The position numbers and the translations under genes were made by a program. DNA of 59,630 nucleotides from Macrostomum lignano (taxonomy: Eukaryota). The stretch is from positions 1 through 59,630 of the forward strand of contig NIVC01004118.1 in NCBI GenBank assembly GCA_002269645.1, written 5' to 3'. Below the pieces are notes generated by a model that saw only the letters and a list, made by a program, of their open reading frames with translations, made no database searches and was not told the DNA's origin. Positions 1-12,505 of this stretch are shown piece after piece; the first letter of the stretch is position 1, and every line of letters starts with the position of its first letter.

Positions 1-380
1 TGAAAAAGTTGAACCCCCTTCATTTTGAGATGAAAAGGGACGGGAATAAAGGGAATAAATGGAGATTCCATGTCAACTGAAGACTCAAAGCAAAAGAGTT
101 CAAAGGTGTACGAAACATCCTAAGATTCTTGCAATCTGCCCAATCATGTGATCTTGTGAGATTCTGCGCGATTTTTGTTCCATTCTAGAGGAGTCTTAAA
201 TTCACAGGAAAGCACCATTTTTAATCTAAGGAGGAACCCGGATGTGATGTCACAGCGTTTCTAGTCGAATTGCTCCGGAAAGATAGCGATTGCAGTTGGT
301 TCTGGTTCGGAGCTTTGCTAAGGGCTCCATTCCAGTGCTTAAGCTGTTATCCCCTCTTTCTCTTTTTTACTCCTGTACAG

Positions 381-3300
381 GTGCGCTACAGGTCGCGCCT
401 ATCATCAACATCATCGACCTCGCAGTCGGCTTCTTCAGCCTCGGCCGTGTCTGTCTCAGCTTCTAATTCTTCGCAGGAGCTGCCCCGTCACATCTTCAGC
501 AGCACCAGCAGCAGCAGCAGCAAGAACAGCAACACAACAGCAACAGGTGTCGCAAAATTCTGTCCGCGCTAGGGCCGCCTCAGTGCGGGATTCTACAACC
601 GGCGTGGCTCCTCAGCCGTCGCTGCGTCTTCGCGGGCCGCAGGAAAGGTTTCTGGGCGTTGAACAGCCCGCGCCGTGGCCTGCAGGAGCTGCGGCGCCAG
701 GAGAGACTGCAGTCGATTGGCGCGGAGGCGTCGGCGTCGCGGGGTCGGTAACAGCAAAGGTACCCAATGGGTCGACGCACTCCTTGGCGACGCCAGTGTC
801 TAGGCCGGGTGTCAGCTTCATGCGTGAGTTGCGGTTTCATTGGGACACAGATACCTATTGTAGAAAGGCCTTGCATAGCGTGTTTCCAGTGATACACAGC
901 GTAGCGGTGCTCTGCAACTGTCACGCAGACAGAGACAGCTGCCTGCATGGGCTGGGAACAACGTTCTACCGATCCGGACGACTACTGTGGTAATGATTAG
1001 TAATGAATTAGTTGGCATTCCCATATGTCTCGCTCCCTTGCTCTCTCTCTCTCTCTCTCTTATCTCTCCAGCACACGCAGTTGACAGCAGTTCGTAGAGC
1101 ACTTACTCAATCTCTAACATCCGGTTGCGATGTTGTCACAGAGATGTAGAGAAGCCAAGTGCATCTTTTCAAGCGCTTATTTCGTCGCAGAAATTTCATC
1201 GATATGCACGCGTGTGCATATGATATTAGCCAATAGCAGACAGAAAGCAAAGGCACTACTATCAGGGTCTCATTTTTATTCGTACGAATTGCAATTTGCA
1301 TATTGGATCGCCTACTGATTCAATGGGTATACAGCATTAGCTGCGAAATAGTGCACCATTGATTTCAAAATGGGCAAGGGACAGTGCGGAAATTCCAGAC
1401 TAACACAGGAGTCAGGCTACGAGGTTGGGGCTGAATTAGGCTGGCTTGGTCATTCCGGCTTTCAAAGAGCCAGCGATCTTCAAATTAAAAGTCCAGCGCC
1501 TCTCATCCAGGCCCAGCCATTTACGACGCCGAAGAGATGACGGGAGGAGGGCGGCGGACTGGCCACTTTCCTAGAACTGCCAGCTGATTGAAATCTGGGG
1601 CAGAGGCGGGGCTGGAGGTTCGGCTGGGCATCAATTTTGTCGCACAGAGAGGGAGAGAGAAAGAGAAAGAGATGGTGAATGATGGAATGAAAGTAAAACC
1701 GACCGTCACTGCACAGGAATCAAACAAAACATTGGAATGTAGAAAAATCGGCCCCATATGGGCGAATCCGCGGTCGGACGTCAATCCTCCAGACTAAACT
1801 AATAAAAAACGTACGGCAACATTTCAGTTGGAAATTTAAGCGCTTACGCTTGAAACAATACAGTTAACTGCAGCTTTTATAGTGCATGAGCGCATTCCGG
1901 GACAATCCATCAAGTCCTGCAAAGTCGACCCCGAGTCTGCTGAGCGGGAGAGGAAGAAAGCGGGCTGGCTTGCTCCACTCTTTCATCTTCTTTCGTGACC
2001 CGCTCTTTTTTTTTGCTCTTTCGTCTCCCTTGCCAGCCGCCTGGGAGGAGCGGAAGTCGCCGAAAGGGGAGAGCGGCCCGGAGGTAAATCCGCTTACCAA
2101 TAAAGAAAGAGAAAAAGTGAAGGGGAAAAACGAGGAGTGGAGGAAGTGGGGCGCCGAAGCTTTGCCTTTTCTGATGTGAACCGGCCGCCGGTGTCTCTTC
2201 CTTGGAAGGAAGTCGAACCGCGGAGAGCTGCTGCAACTGCACGCTGCTGTCCCTGCGGTTCCCTTCAATCCCTCTGCCTCTGCGTGACTTGGCAGGTAAA
2301 AACAAAAAATGAAGAATGGAGATGGCGACCGCTGCTAAGAAGCGAATGAATCTGTTCTGGTACGCTCGTAGCTTTTGCAATCCGACTGCGTGGCCAGTGG
2401 CTACTTTGTTTGAAAACACGAATTCGCACTTTTAGCTAAGATTTAGTGTGCTTAGATCGTCGCCACAAAATGCTATCGAGGTCTTAGGCTGGGTTGTCAA
2501 TAATGAGGTTCCGGTGCAGCTCCGATCCATCCAGTTCAGTTTTCGCTGAAGATGTGGTTTGCTCTGGTATACTAATTAAAATGTGCTCTTTTAAAAAACC
2601 GGAAGTAGCTCGTAAGCCGGACCTGAACTGGATCGGAACCGGATGATCATGAATTCAACCTTTAAGAAGTTTTTGAAACCTACTGTATAGTATAAGGCTG
2701 AAAGGTGCTGTTTATACAGACATGACGAGTTGAAATCAAGCAAAATCTAAACACGTCAGTCAAAATGTCAGACGTTGACAAGCGTTCTTTCAAGTGCCTA
2801 AAATAGCAGCATATAGAGCGTTTTCGATGCACTTTGAAACTTTTTTCACCTCTGACCGACAAGAAAGACAACGAACCACCTTCTGATGAGACTCCTCGGA
2901 CTGAGAGGAAATGTCACAAACCACCTTCTGAAGAGACACCTCAGAAGAGACACCTCAACCGCTAGGGCTTCGGGTGGAGAGTTTGTTGTTTCACTTGGCC
3001 GTAAAAACAGAGACGAAACTAACCCTGAAACACTTATCTTAAATCCACAGTGTCTGACGATGCTGGCCGATACCGAGTCCCGCCCCCCGGTCGAGCCAGC
3101 ACGCCAAACAGCCCGCTCGTGCGATCCTCAGTAGCGGGAGGTCGTCTGCAGCAACAGCAGCAGCAGCAACAGGTCCGACCAAGGGCTTATTCGGTGCTCA
3201 CTTCAGATGCCTCACCTGGAATCAGGAAGCGCCAGCAGGAAGAAAATTTGTTGATAGATTTTGTTAACGCGTCTTCTGAAAAGGATCACAAAAAAGAATC

Positions 3301-6300
3301 TGGTACTCACCTGGCTAAGGCTCCTATTCTTAGCGATAGTAACTCTGAGGATGAGGCACGGACTAAAAAACAAGCATTTAAAGAGACACCTCAGACCGAT
3401 GCGATAGGTAAAAAACCTGCGTCTGACGAGGCACCTCAAACATATAGAAAAGGTCAAAAACAATCTTCCGAAGAAACACCTCTGACCGACAGGAAAGACA
3501 ACAAACCACCTTCTGATGAGACTCCTCGGACTGAGAGGAAATGTCACAAACCACCTTCTGAAGAGACACCTCAGACCGAAAGAAAAGATAAAAAATCTGC
3601 TTCGGACGAGACCCCTCAGACCGACTGGAAGGGTCACAAACCAGCTACTGAAGAGATTCCTCGGACCGAGAGAAAAGGTCACAAACCACCTTCTAACGAG
3701 AGATCACAGACTGACAAGAAAGGTCACAAAACGGTTTCTGAAGAGGCACCTCAGACCGACAGAAAGGGTAAAAGAACAGCTTCGGACGAGACACCACAGA
3801 ACAAGAAAAGTCACGAAACAGATTCTGTCCAGACACTTCAGACCGAAAGAAAACATCACAAAATAATTTTCGGAGAGACATCCCGAACTGATAGAAAAGA
3901 TCACGAACGAGCCTCGGAAGAGACATTTGAGGCAGACAGAAAATGTAAAAAACTATCTGAAGAGACACCACAGACCAACAAAAAAGCACAAAGGCCACCT
4001 AAAGAGATACATCGGACTAAAGAAACGGCAGAGAGTATGTCATCAGAGGAAACGCAACAGTTCAGAAGCAAGGCACGACAATCAGCATCTAAAGATGCAT
4101 GCCAGAGAAGCAGGGCAGATGAAGCATCGTTAGAGGTTCAAACTACCCTGATTTTAGAAAGAGTTACACAATCGGAACCTCAAGATAGGGCAAGCAAGTC
4201 AATGCTGCCCGAAGCAGCGCCAGAGTATGCACAGAACGCACAACCGAATATGCACCACGGACCTGTGACAAACTCGGTAGCGAATGAAAAACCATCAAAG
4301 CTGTCAGCCAAAAAATCGTCCGCACAGGACGGGACACTGAAGAAGTCGCAAACTAACGACGAACAGCGGCGTAGCAGCAGCAGCAGTCGTCGGCGCCATC
4401 GGGACGGCGGCAGTGGCTGGACACAGACGGAACCACCCGCCCAGCTAGAGACCGCCGCCTGCCAGACGGAGGAGACTCAAGCAATAGCGGACTCAGCCGT
4501 GCCGATTACTCGGAATTGCGATTTCCGGCGGCAAGTGGCAGCGAGCTCCGATTACAGCGGATGCAACAGCGATTTCGATCGAAAACAGCTGAATAGCGGA
4601 TCTCGGCAAGGTTAGGATTTTTGTTCAGATCATAAGTGTCATTGCTATACTAGTGTCAGGTTTCCTATGGAGATTTTCCTAAGGCATCCGGTGTCGCTTT
4701 CTAGTAAAGTATTAAGGGTCAGGATCCTGGCAGTGCCCAGAGTCATGTGTTGGGATAAAATTAATTATGTTATAACTAAATGAATTCAGTAATAACATCT
4801 GTTGCAGGGAAATTCATTGGCATTGCACGAGAAGCTGCCAGTAGTAATCCCGCAAAAAGCATTAATCCTCTAAAATGCGCTTTAAAAAACGCCTCTTTCG
4901 CGAAGCTGTCCCGGTTTCAATCCATTAAAAAAAGTCAAACTGAATAAAACTGCGTCAAATGCTTAGCAGCTTGGCATTACTTCATTAGTACCATCCTTTG
5001 CAAACATCAGTCATCAACAACAGCGCAGATGTCGCGTCGCCACAGTAAACAGAGCTGTTAAAGCGCCATACGTGTTGTTTAATTTTTAGGTTAGGATTGA
5101 AACAAAGTAGCAAATAGCTTTAGGGCTTCACGCACGAATCACTAATTCTTTCTACAGCCTGCAGAAGCGGCATTACTTTTTGCACTTTTTGGTGATTCAA
5201 CGCTTTTGAAAAAAGTCTGGCTCAAATCTGCGAAATGCTCTGGTCAGACAGCGTGCTAAGCGCTTTTCGGTTTCTTATCAACTGTCAGCCGTTCCATCTT
5301 CGCTTTATCACCTTGCAGACTCATTAGCTCAGGCTCGGCAGCAGCCTGCAGAGACGCAGATATCGCTAGACGCTGAGTCAGCAGCTACCGGCCTGCTTGC
5401 GTCATATCGGTGCCGCCATCGGAGCGCAGAGCCTGAAGCCAGTGCGCCTGACGCATTTAGGGCCCCGTTCTGCGGCCAACACTCGCCACCTGGGGCTCCG
5501 GTAGTGTCACAAAGCGCCTCTATGCCAGCGGACCTGGTAATGCAGTGGCTGGCTGGCCACATGATGGCACAGGCAGCGGCGGCGGCGGCTGCGGCCGCGG
5601 CTACAGCGGCTGCGACTGCTGCCGCCCAACAGCAGCTTCAGCAGAAGCGGCAGGAAAGTTGGCGCCAAGTGACGCTCAAGCGAGACAGCGACTGCCAAAA
5701 GCTCAGTCACCAGCAAAAGCAATCGCAGCAGCAACACCTTTTTGGCATCTCAGTAGCTCGTGGCTGGCCAAGGGCTGCGGCGGAATCAGCTCCGCCATCG
5801 TCTACAGTACTGGTCTCTTCCGTGGTGACTGGATCGCAAGCGCACCAGCTGGTGAGAGGAAATGATTACTAGCAACGCACGAAAATTATGTAAATTACAT
5901 GTAAACTGAAAGCGAAATTGCTCTTCTAAAATAGATACATAAAAAACAGGATAGGAAAACTTATTTTCTTAGCAAGGAGTACATGAACAATGTTCTCACC
6001 TACTAGCTTCTGGATTCTCGACGAGCAGTGCAGCATGCGTTTGTATTGTATTGAAAAAGAACTATCCGAGACCTACCAAAAGGCGATTTTTTAACTAGTT
6101 CCTGTTCCTCTCTAGCTCCCCTATGCTTTTTGTTCTGGACGGGTTATTGGGGGCTGAGACCCCCGATCTTTGGTACCCCTAACGCAAGAGATTGCAATGT
6201 TTTAGAGTAAACCTGATTTCGGTAGTCGAGATGAAAAAGTTATTAATTAATAGTCGTTCGAAAAGTCTATCTACATTGGTAGCTACTCGTATAAATGCAT

Positions 6301-6612
6301 TTAATAGCGAGATCGAGCCTTCAATGTGTTTCATAAAAATTTCAATAATTTTACGTGCTTAAGGCTAAGAATGTTTAACTATTCAATGAGACAGTCACTG
6401 TTTTTGTCAGTCATCGTTCTTCATTTCCTGAAAATCTGATCTCTACCCAATCACAGGGCATTCAACCCGGAGACGAGATCCTTGAAGTGGACGGAGCGCC
6501 GGTGGACACGATGACGCTGCAGCAGCTGGCCGAGGCAATCAGCCAGCAGGAAACTGTAAGCCTCATCGTCAGGAATAGAAGCCAAAACCAATCGGGTACA
6601 ACAGAACACTGA
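381..6612 (+). CDS. Spliced gene for a low-complexity protein with a C-terminal PDZ domain. Exons 381-823, 3051-4610, 5319-5851, 6457-6612; 5' end unresolved
   Basis: GT-AG junctions with matching phases (C|TG, G|AC, CTG|GGC). The last two exons join into QHLFGISVARG...VLVSSVVTGSQAHQL-GIQPGDEILEVDGAPVDTMTLQQLAEAISQQETVSLIVR, a recognisable PDZ fold pattern. Exon 381-823 is the least certain. Confidence 0.8.
1041..1066. repeat. (CT)n microsatellite
   Basis: ctctctctctctctctctct run in intron 1 of the PDZ gene. Confidence 0.9.
2847..2945 (+). repeat. Intronic 99-bp copy of exonic sequence 3477-3575
   Basis: Direct match with 2 mismatches at a 630-bp offset. Confidence 0.9.
3385..3990 (+). repeat. 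Coding ~45-bp (15-aa) tandem repeats, consensus SEETPQTxRKxxKxx
   Basis: Repeated S-E/D-E-T-P-Q-T motif in ORF 3050-4615. Confidence 0.85.
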
Positions 6613-8990
6613 CCCGAACGCATTCTAAGACTGAATTATTTTTTACCCATTGGAGCGCTCTTTTGCTTGAGTTCCTCACTGCCATGCCATCCAATTTACT
6701 CGTAAAACCACGCCGAGCCACGGTGCGGTAGCTTTTTACTGTTTGAACAGTTAGAAAATCGAACGAAAAAGATTCAAAGCAACAGCCTGTTGGATTATTG
6801 CGTTAAGTTTTATTTAACTTGAGTTAAATATACGAGCGTACGAAGTACGAACCAAAACAAATCGTTTATTGAGTGCTGCTTCCAAGCAGACAAAAGTATT
6901 ATAAAACAGAATATTAATTAAGCAGTCTGAAAATTGAAATGGGCAATTTAGGGATTCTTGAAAGCAAAACGCAAAATTAAATTGAATACCTTGGCTATGC
7001 AAAACAACAGAATAAAATCTCCGTATTTGAAAAATTTTAACTAAAACAAAAATGAGGACTTGGCGTTTCTGCAAACTTTTAACAAAAAATACGATTAAAG
7101 GTGCTCAATTAGCACGACTATTAACAACTTTAAGAGCTAAATATTATAATTATTTCGTATAATATTAAATTTACACGCTACATATTGATAGTGCTCAGCT
7201 GAGACTGAGAGTCTGAGAAACGCTCGCATTATAGAAAATTTATTCTGCACCAATAGTCCATAAAGTATGCACATTCGCTTTACTGACTCGTTGAATTTAA
7301 TTAATTAAATCATTTTATTATAATACCGCCCGGCTGACACAAAAAACTCACAACACTTAGGCAGTTCGGCTCTATTAAATACACCTATACTAAATCTCTA
7401 AAATCACATTTCTAACAGAAAATCCTTCAATACTAAGTCCTTCAAGGATTGAAATACGGGACAGATTTACAGCAATGTTGATAATCGTTCGATTCCGAAT
7501 TCCCGATTCCTGAGCGTTGAAGCAAAAATGTTTAGCAAGAGGCAACAGATCTGCTAGACTTGGGCGTTGGGCCAGGATCGGAAAGACGGTTGGTTGGATG
7601 GGGTGAGGTTGAAGTTAAATAAAATCGATAAACTACACCCCTCCGCCTCACACGCGTCCAGGCACGGTATGAGAGATAGGGGGGTTAGACTGGAGAGGGA
7701 GTTGAGGCGGCCAGAGAAAATCGATAAAATTTCACCCACCTCACGCTAAGCTCCCGCTAACCACCAGGGATCGACGTAAATAAAAATGAGGATAGGAAAA
7801 GGATGGCGTGGGGTGGGGCGCGCAAAGGGGCCGACCAGAAAATTAATTGATCTGCCTTCAGACTTTGGTTTTTTGATGGTCGGATAGACCCATACAGTAG
7901 CTAACTCGTACTTGAACCGGATTTAAATTAAATGCTAATTACTTTCATTTTATTCTATCCAGTCTTAAAGTGGTCCGTTATTGTGATAACTCTCACCGTC
8001 AGTTCAGTTTAATGGGTCTTCTGAAGCCTAGCCGAGCGGTAATATATCTTCACCTAACTACTTACATTAGTAGTTTAGTTACAGATTATGATGCATACTT
8101 TAATTAAAATGGAAAACAATATAAATGGGAAGAAGGACAAAGTGATAGGAGCCAGTATTGTTTGCTTTTCTGCCTATGCTAGTTAAACACATCGTCAAAC
8201 AAAAATGACAACAAATATAATAAATAACTGCGATGAGCAAATTGCTGCCTAGGAGTGAGCAAAGTATTGTTTTTTCATTGTTAATTCAAACACGGAACCA
8301 TACTCAGGCCTTTACTCGTTTTTTAGCTTTAAAAAGCAGAAACTTAATTTGATAAACAGTTGCTGAAAATAATATACAAAAAGATTGTAAAAAGAGTACT
8401 CTTCGACCCATCGAAAAAATAGATGCAAAAATCATCACACAGCAATAACTTGAGTTGCAGGCGGTGTTGACAAAACCGGATATACAATACATCTGTAATA
8501 CCATAAACAACGGTACACGTGTATGCCTACAAATTGTGAGCTAATAAAATCGCCAGATCAATGTTGGCGCGGATAATAGATATGATTGTTATTAATTAAA
8601 ATAAAATAGTAGAAAACCAAGAACTTCAGCTGCCATAAATGCTATACAAAATGTGTGCAAACGGAATATATAAATGAAATATATAATAGCCTAGTGATAT
8701 AATTAGACTACACAGCAGCTGCAAGAAAATAAAAACAGCTTTTAAAATCCCTACTAGCTATTTTAAGTAGTTCGGCTAGCTATTATCGCGCCTAACCACT
8801 AATTCATGAATTTTTTTAAATTTCATCCCTGACTGAAAGCGTCCTACACATCATACCAGTGCGTATTTATAATTTACGCATGTCTAGAACTTAACAGAAA
8901 ATGAAGTATTTGAAATCCAATACAAATTACAACAAATACCACTAAAATTAATTTTAATTTATTAAAACTAAATCAAATGTCATACAATTT

Positions 8991-10385
8991 TTCCCACCCT
9001 GCCTGTGATCCCCAGGTACTGCTCCCACCCTGCCTGTGATCCCCAGGTACTGCTCCCACCCTGCCTGTGATCCCCAGGCACTGCTCCCACCCAGACCCTG
9101 TCTTTGATTCCCAGGTACTGCTCCCACCCTGCCTGTGATCCCCAGGTACTGCTCCTACCCTGCCTGTTATTCCCAGGTACTGCTCCGACCCTGCCTGTGA
9201 TCCCCAGGTACTGCTCCCACCCTGCCTGTAATCCCCAGGTACTGCTCCCACCCTGCCTGTGATCCCCAGGTACTGCTCCCACCCTGCCTGTGATCCCCAG
9301 GTACTGCTCCCACCCTGCCTGTGATCCCCAGGTACTGCTCCCACCCTGCCTGTAATCCCCAGGTACTGCTCCCACCCTGCCTGTGATCCCCAGGTACTGC
9401 TCCCACCCTGCCTGTGATCCCCAGGTACTGCTCCCACCCTGCCTGTGATCCCCAGGTACTGCTCCCACCCTGCCTGTGATCCCCAGGTACTGCTCCCACC
9501 CTGCCTGTGATCCCCAGGCACTGCTCCCACCCTGCCTGTGATCCCCAGGTACTGCTCCCACCCTGCCTGTGATCCCCAGGTACTGCTCCCACCCTGCCTG
9601 TGATCCCCAGGTACTGCTCCCACCCAGACCCTGTCTGTGATTCCCAGGTACTGCTCCGACCCTGCCTGTGATCCCCAGGCACTGCTCCCACCCTGCCTGT
9701 GATCCCCAGGTACTGCTCCCACCCTGCCTGTGATCCCCAGGTACTGCTCCCACCCTGCCTGTGATCCCCAGGCACTGCTCCCACCCTGCCTGTGATCCCC
9801 AGGTACTGCTCCCACCCTGCCTGTGATCCCCAGGTACTGCTCCCACCCTGCCTGTGATCCCCAGGTACTGCTCCCACCCAGACCCTGTCTGTGATTCCCA
9901 GGTACTGCTCCGACCCTGCCTGTGATCCCCAGGCACTGCTCCCACCCTGCCTGTGATCCCCAGGTACTGCTCCCACCCTGCCTGTGATCCCCAGGCACTG
10001 CTCCCACCCTGCCTGTGATCCCCAGGCACTGCTCCCACCCTGCCTGTGATCCCCAGGCACTGCTCCCACCCTGCCTGTGATCCCCAGGCACTGCTCCCAC
10101 CCTGCCTGTGATCCCCATATACTGCTCCCACCCAGACCCTGCCTGTGATCCCCAGGTACTGCTCCCACCCAGACCCTGCCTGTGATCCCCAGATACTGCT
10201 CCCACCCTGCCTGTGATCCCCAGGTACTGCTCCCACCCAGACCCTGCCTGTGATCCCCAGATACTGCTCCCACCCTGCCTGTGATCCCCAGGTACTGCTC
10301 CCACCCTGCCTGTGATCCCCAGGTACTGCTCCCACCCTGCCTGTGATCCCCAGGTACTGCTCCCACCCTGCCTGTGATCCCCAGG
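8991..10385. repeat. 31-bp minisatellite CCCTGCCTGTGATCCCCAGGTACTGCTCCCA, about 45 copies
   Basis: 31-bp periodicity read directly; occasional 37-bp variants with a CCCAGA insertion. Confidence 0.97.
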
Positions 10386-11025
10386 TTATCGCCTCTTGTA
10401 CGATCCTTTAAGACAACTGTCCCTATAAAATATTGATCATTTCCATGGCAACCGAGCAAAAACAAAATCGCTTTGAATGAGTTACCAAAGTACTTTTCCT
10501 GCAGCTAAAAGAACTAAAAAACCTGCATAGAAAAAACTGTCAAAAACTGAAACGCAGCATTATTTGAACAACAACAAATTGATACTTTTTTGGCAAAACC
10601 ATTCGCGTAAACAACAACAGATAACCTGCAAGCATAGAACTACAGAGCTGCAAAATCCAATGCAATAGAAAATATAGACATTACTTTAATAACAAAATTA
10701 AGCATTGACAGCGAAGCAATCCTGGCGCCAAAGATTGGCTGATAATTGACTCGCGCAAGCCGAAAGCAGAAACCAGACAGACTTCAGACGGGCAAAAAAC
10801 ACAAACAACAAAAGCAGCAAATGTACGAGCAAGCACATTTTAAAGCAGCGTGGGGCACAACCAGCAGTGAACTAATTTTTAAAGAGAATTCTGTTTAAGA
10901 AATATTTTCAGAAACAAATAAAATTACAATTTACGTAAGATTAAAAAACAAAAGTAGGTACAAAAACACGACAAAATCAAATATTGTTGAAATACAAAGC
11001 ACACTACTAGCCGCCTGGCATTGAG

Positions 11026-12505
11026 CTAGTAGTAGTCGGAGAAGTAGTAGTGGCAGCCGTGAATCACGTCCATCGAGGGACGGCAGTAGCAGCGAACCGG
11101 CGAATCGGACGTGTAGCCGCTGAAAATTTCAATTTTGTCAGGCATTAAATAGTGTGTACTCTTGATTTCACTTGATTACTCTTGATGGACTTTTGACTTC
11201 TTTTAAAGTAATCTAGGAGTTCAATGCTTAAGAGTATACAGAGATAATATCGAGGATAACTACAAGCTAATACAAGATATCGGGTTCTGCGAGTGTTAGT
11301 TACACAATTGAGGGATCTGAGAGTGTTGGGGACTCAATCAGTGGGATCTAAAGGCGTTAAGGACTTAATCAGTGGGATCTGAAAGTGCTGGGGACTTAAT
11401 CAGTGAGATCTGCGACTTTTGGGGGACTCAGTGGGATCTGGGACTTTTGGGGGACTCAGTGGGATCTGAAGATGCTGGGGACTCAATCAGTGGGATCTAA
11501 AGGCGTTAAGGACTTAATCAGTGGGATCTGAAAGTGCTGGGGACTTAATCAGTGAGATCTGCGACTTTTGGGGGACTCAGTGGGATCTGGGACTTTTGGG
11601 GGACTCAGTGGAATCTGAAGATGCGGACTCAATCAGTGGGATCTGGGACTTTTGGGGGACTCAGTGGGATCTGAGACTTTTGGGGGACTTAGTGGGATCT
11701 GGGACTTTTGGGGGACTCAGTGGGATCTGAAGATGCTGGGGACTCAATCAGTGGGATCTGGATGTATTGGGGACTCAATCAGTGGGATCTGGATATATTG
11801 GGGACTCAATCAGTGGGATCTGGATATATTGGGGACTCAATCAGTGGGATCTGGGATCTGGGACTTTTGGGGACTCAATCAGTGGGATCTGAAAGTGCTT
11901 GGGACTCAATTGATCTGATGCGGGAGTGTCGCAGCCCAAGACGCGCATTAAACGCATACAGCAAGCTGAGAGGACAAACTTGGGTTTGCGTATTAGATAT
12001 GTTTTTACCCAGCAGTTGAGCTGGTAGTGCTAATAGCGCACATGCCAATGTCAGCGATGGAGGTTGTGCACCGATAGTCAGGTAAGGCGGCGGCGGCGGC
12101 TGGCTCAGCCTCATGCAGCTCCATCGGAGCATCGGCAGGTGCAGCAGCCAGGCCCAGCTCGCCGGCATGACCATTGTTATTATTGTTATTCTGGCACACA
12201 TTCCATGCAGGAAATGCGCAGTTCTGCAGCTGCTGCTGTTGCTGCTGTTGGCAAGGCTGGAAGCAGCCAAATGGCAGCGGCTCGGCGTCGCCGCTGGCGC
12301 TGGTGGCGATGCAGAATCGCTTGGCCTCAACCGAGTGCTGTTAGTAGTATATTTAACATGTAGGATATTAAAATATGCAGAGTGAAATGATTACTACTAT
12401 ATAATACTGCAGGGCAAAGCTTAGAAATCTCACCTCGTCAACTGTCATGCACTTGCGCTTGGCAGAAGAGAAGTTGTAGAACTGGTCATTGTTGTAGCCA
12501 GGCAT
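11026..12505 (-). CDS. 164-aa hypothetical protein. Exons 12505-12434, 12337-12009, 11119-11026
   Basis: Junctions GAG|GTGAGA..CTAACAG|CAC and GG|GTAAAA..TTTTCAG|C give an open frame MPGYNNDQFYNFSSAKRKCMTVDEHSVEAKRFC...RCYCRPSMDVIHGCHYYFSDYY*. Confidence 0.75.
11310..11905. repeat. Degenerate minisatellite (GGGGACTCAATCAGTGGGATCTG-like) in intron 2 of the 164-aa gene
   Basis: Recurrent GGGACTCA...GTGGGATCTG units of variable length. Confidence 0.9.

Noticed and set aside
2883-2915. CTGATGAG...GAAA hammerhead-like string (also at ~3513)
   Set aside because: No G10.1-C11.1 pair and no stem I/III; it is part of the coding repeat (SDETPRTERK).
8973-10465. Three 430-450-aa ORFs (GSQAGWEQYLGITGRV repeats)
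   Set aside because: Translations of a 31-bp minisatellite; all three frames give the same peptide; no start or splice context.
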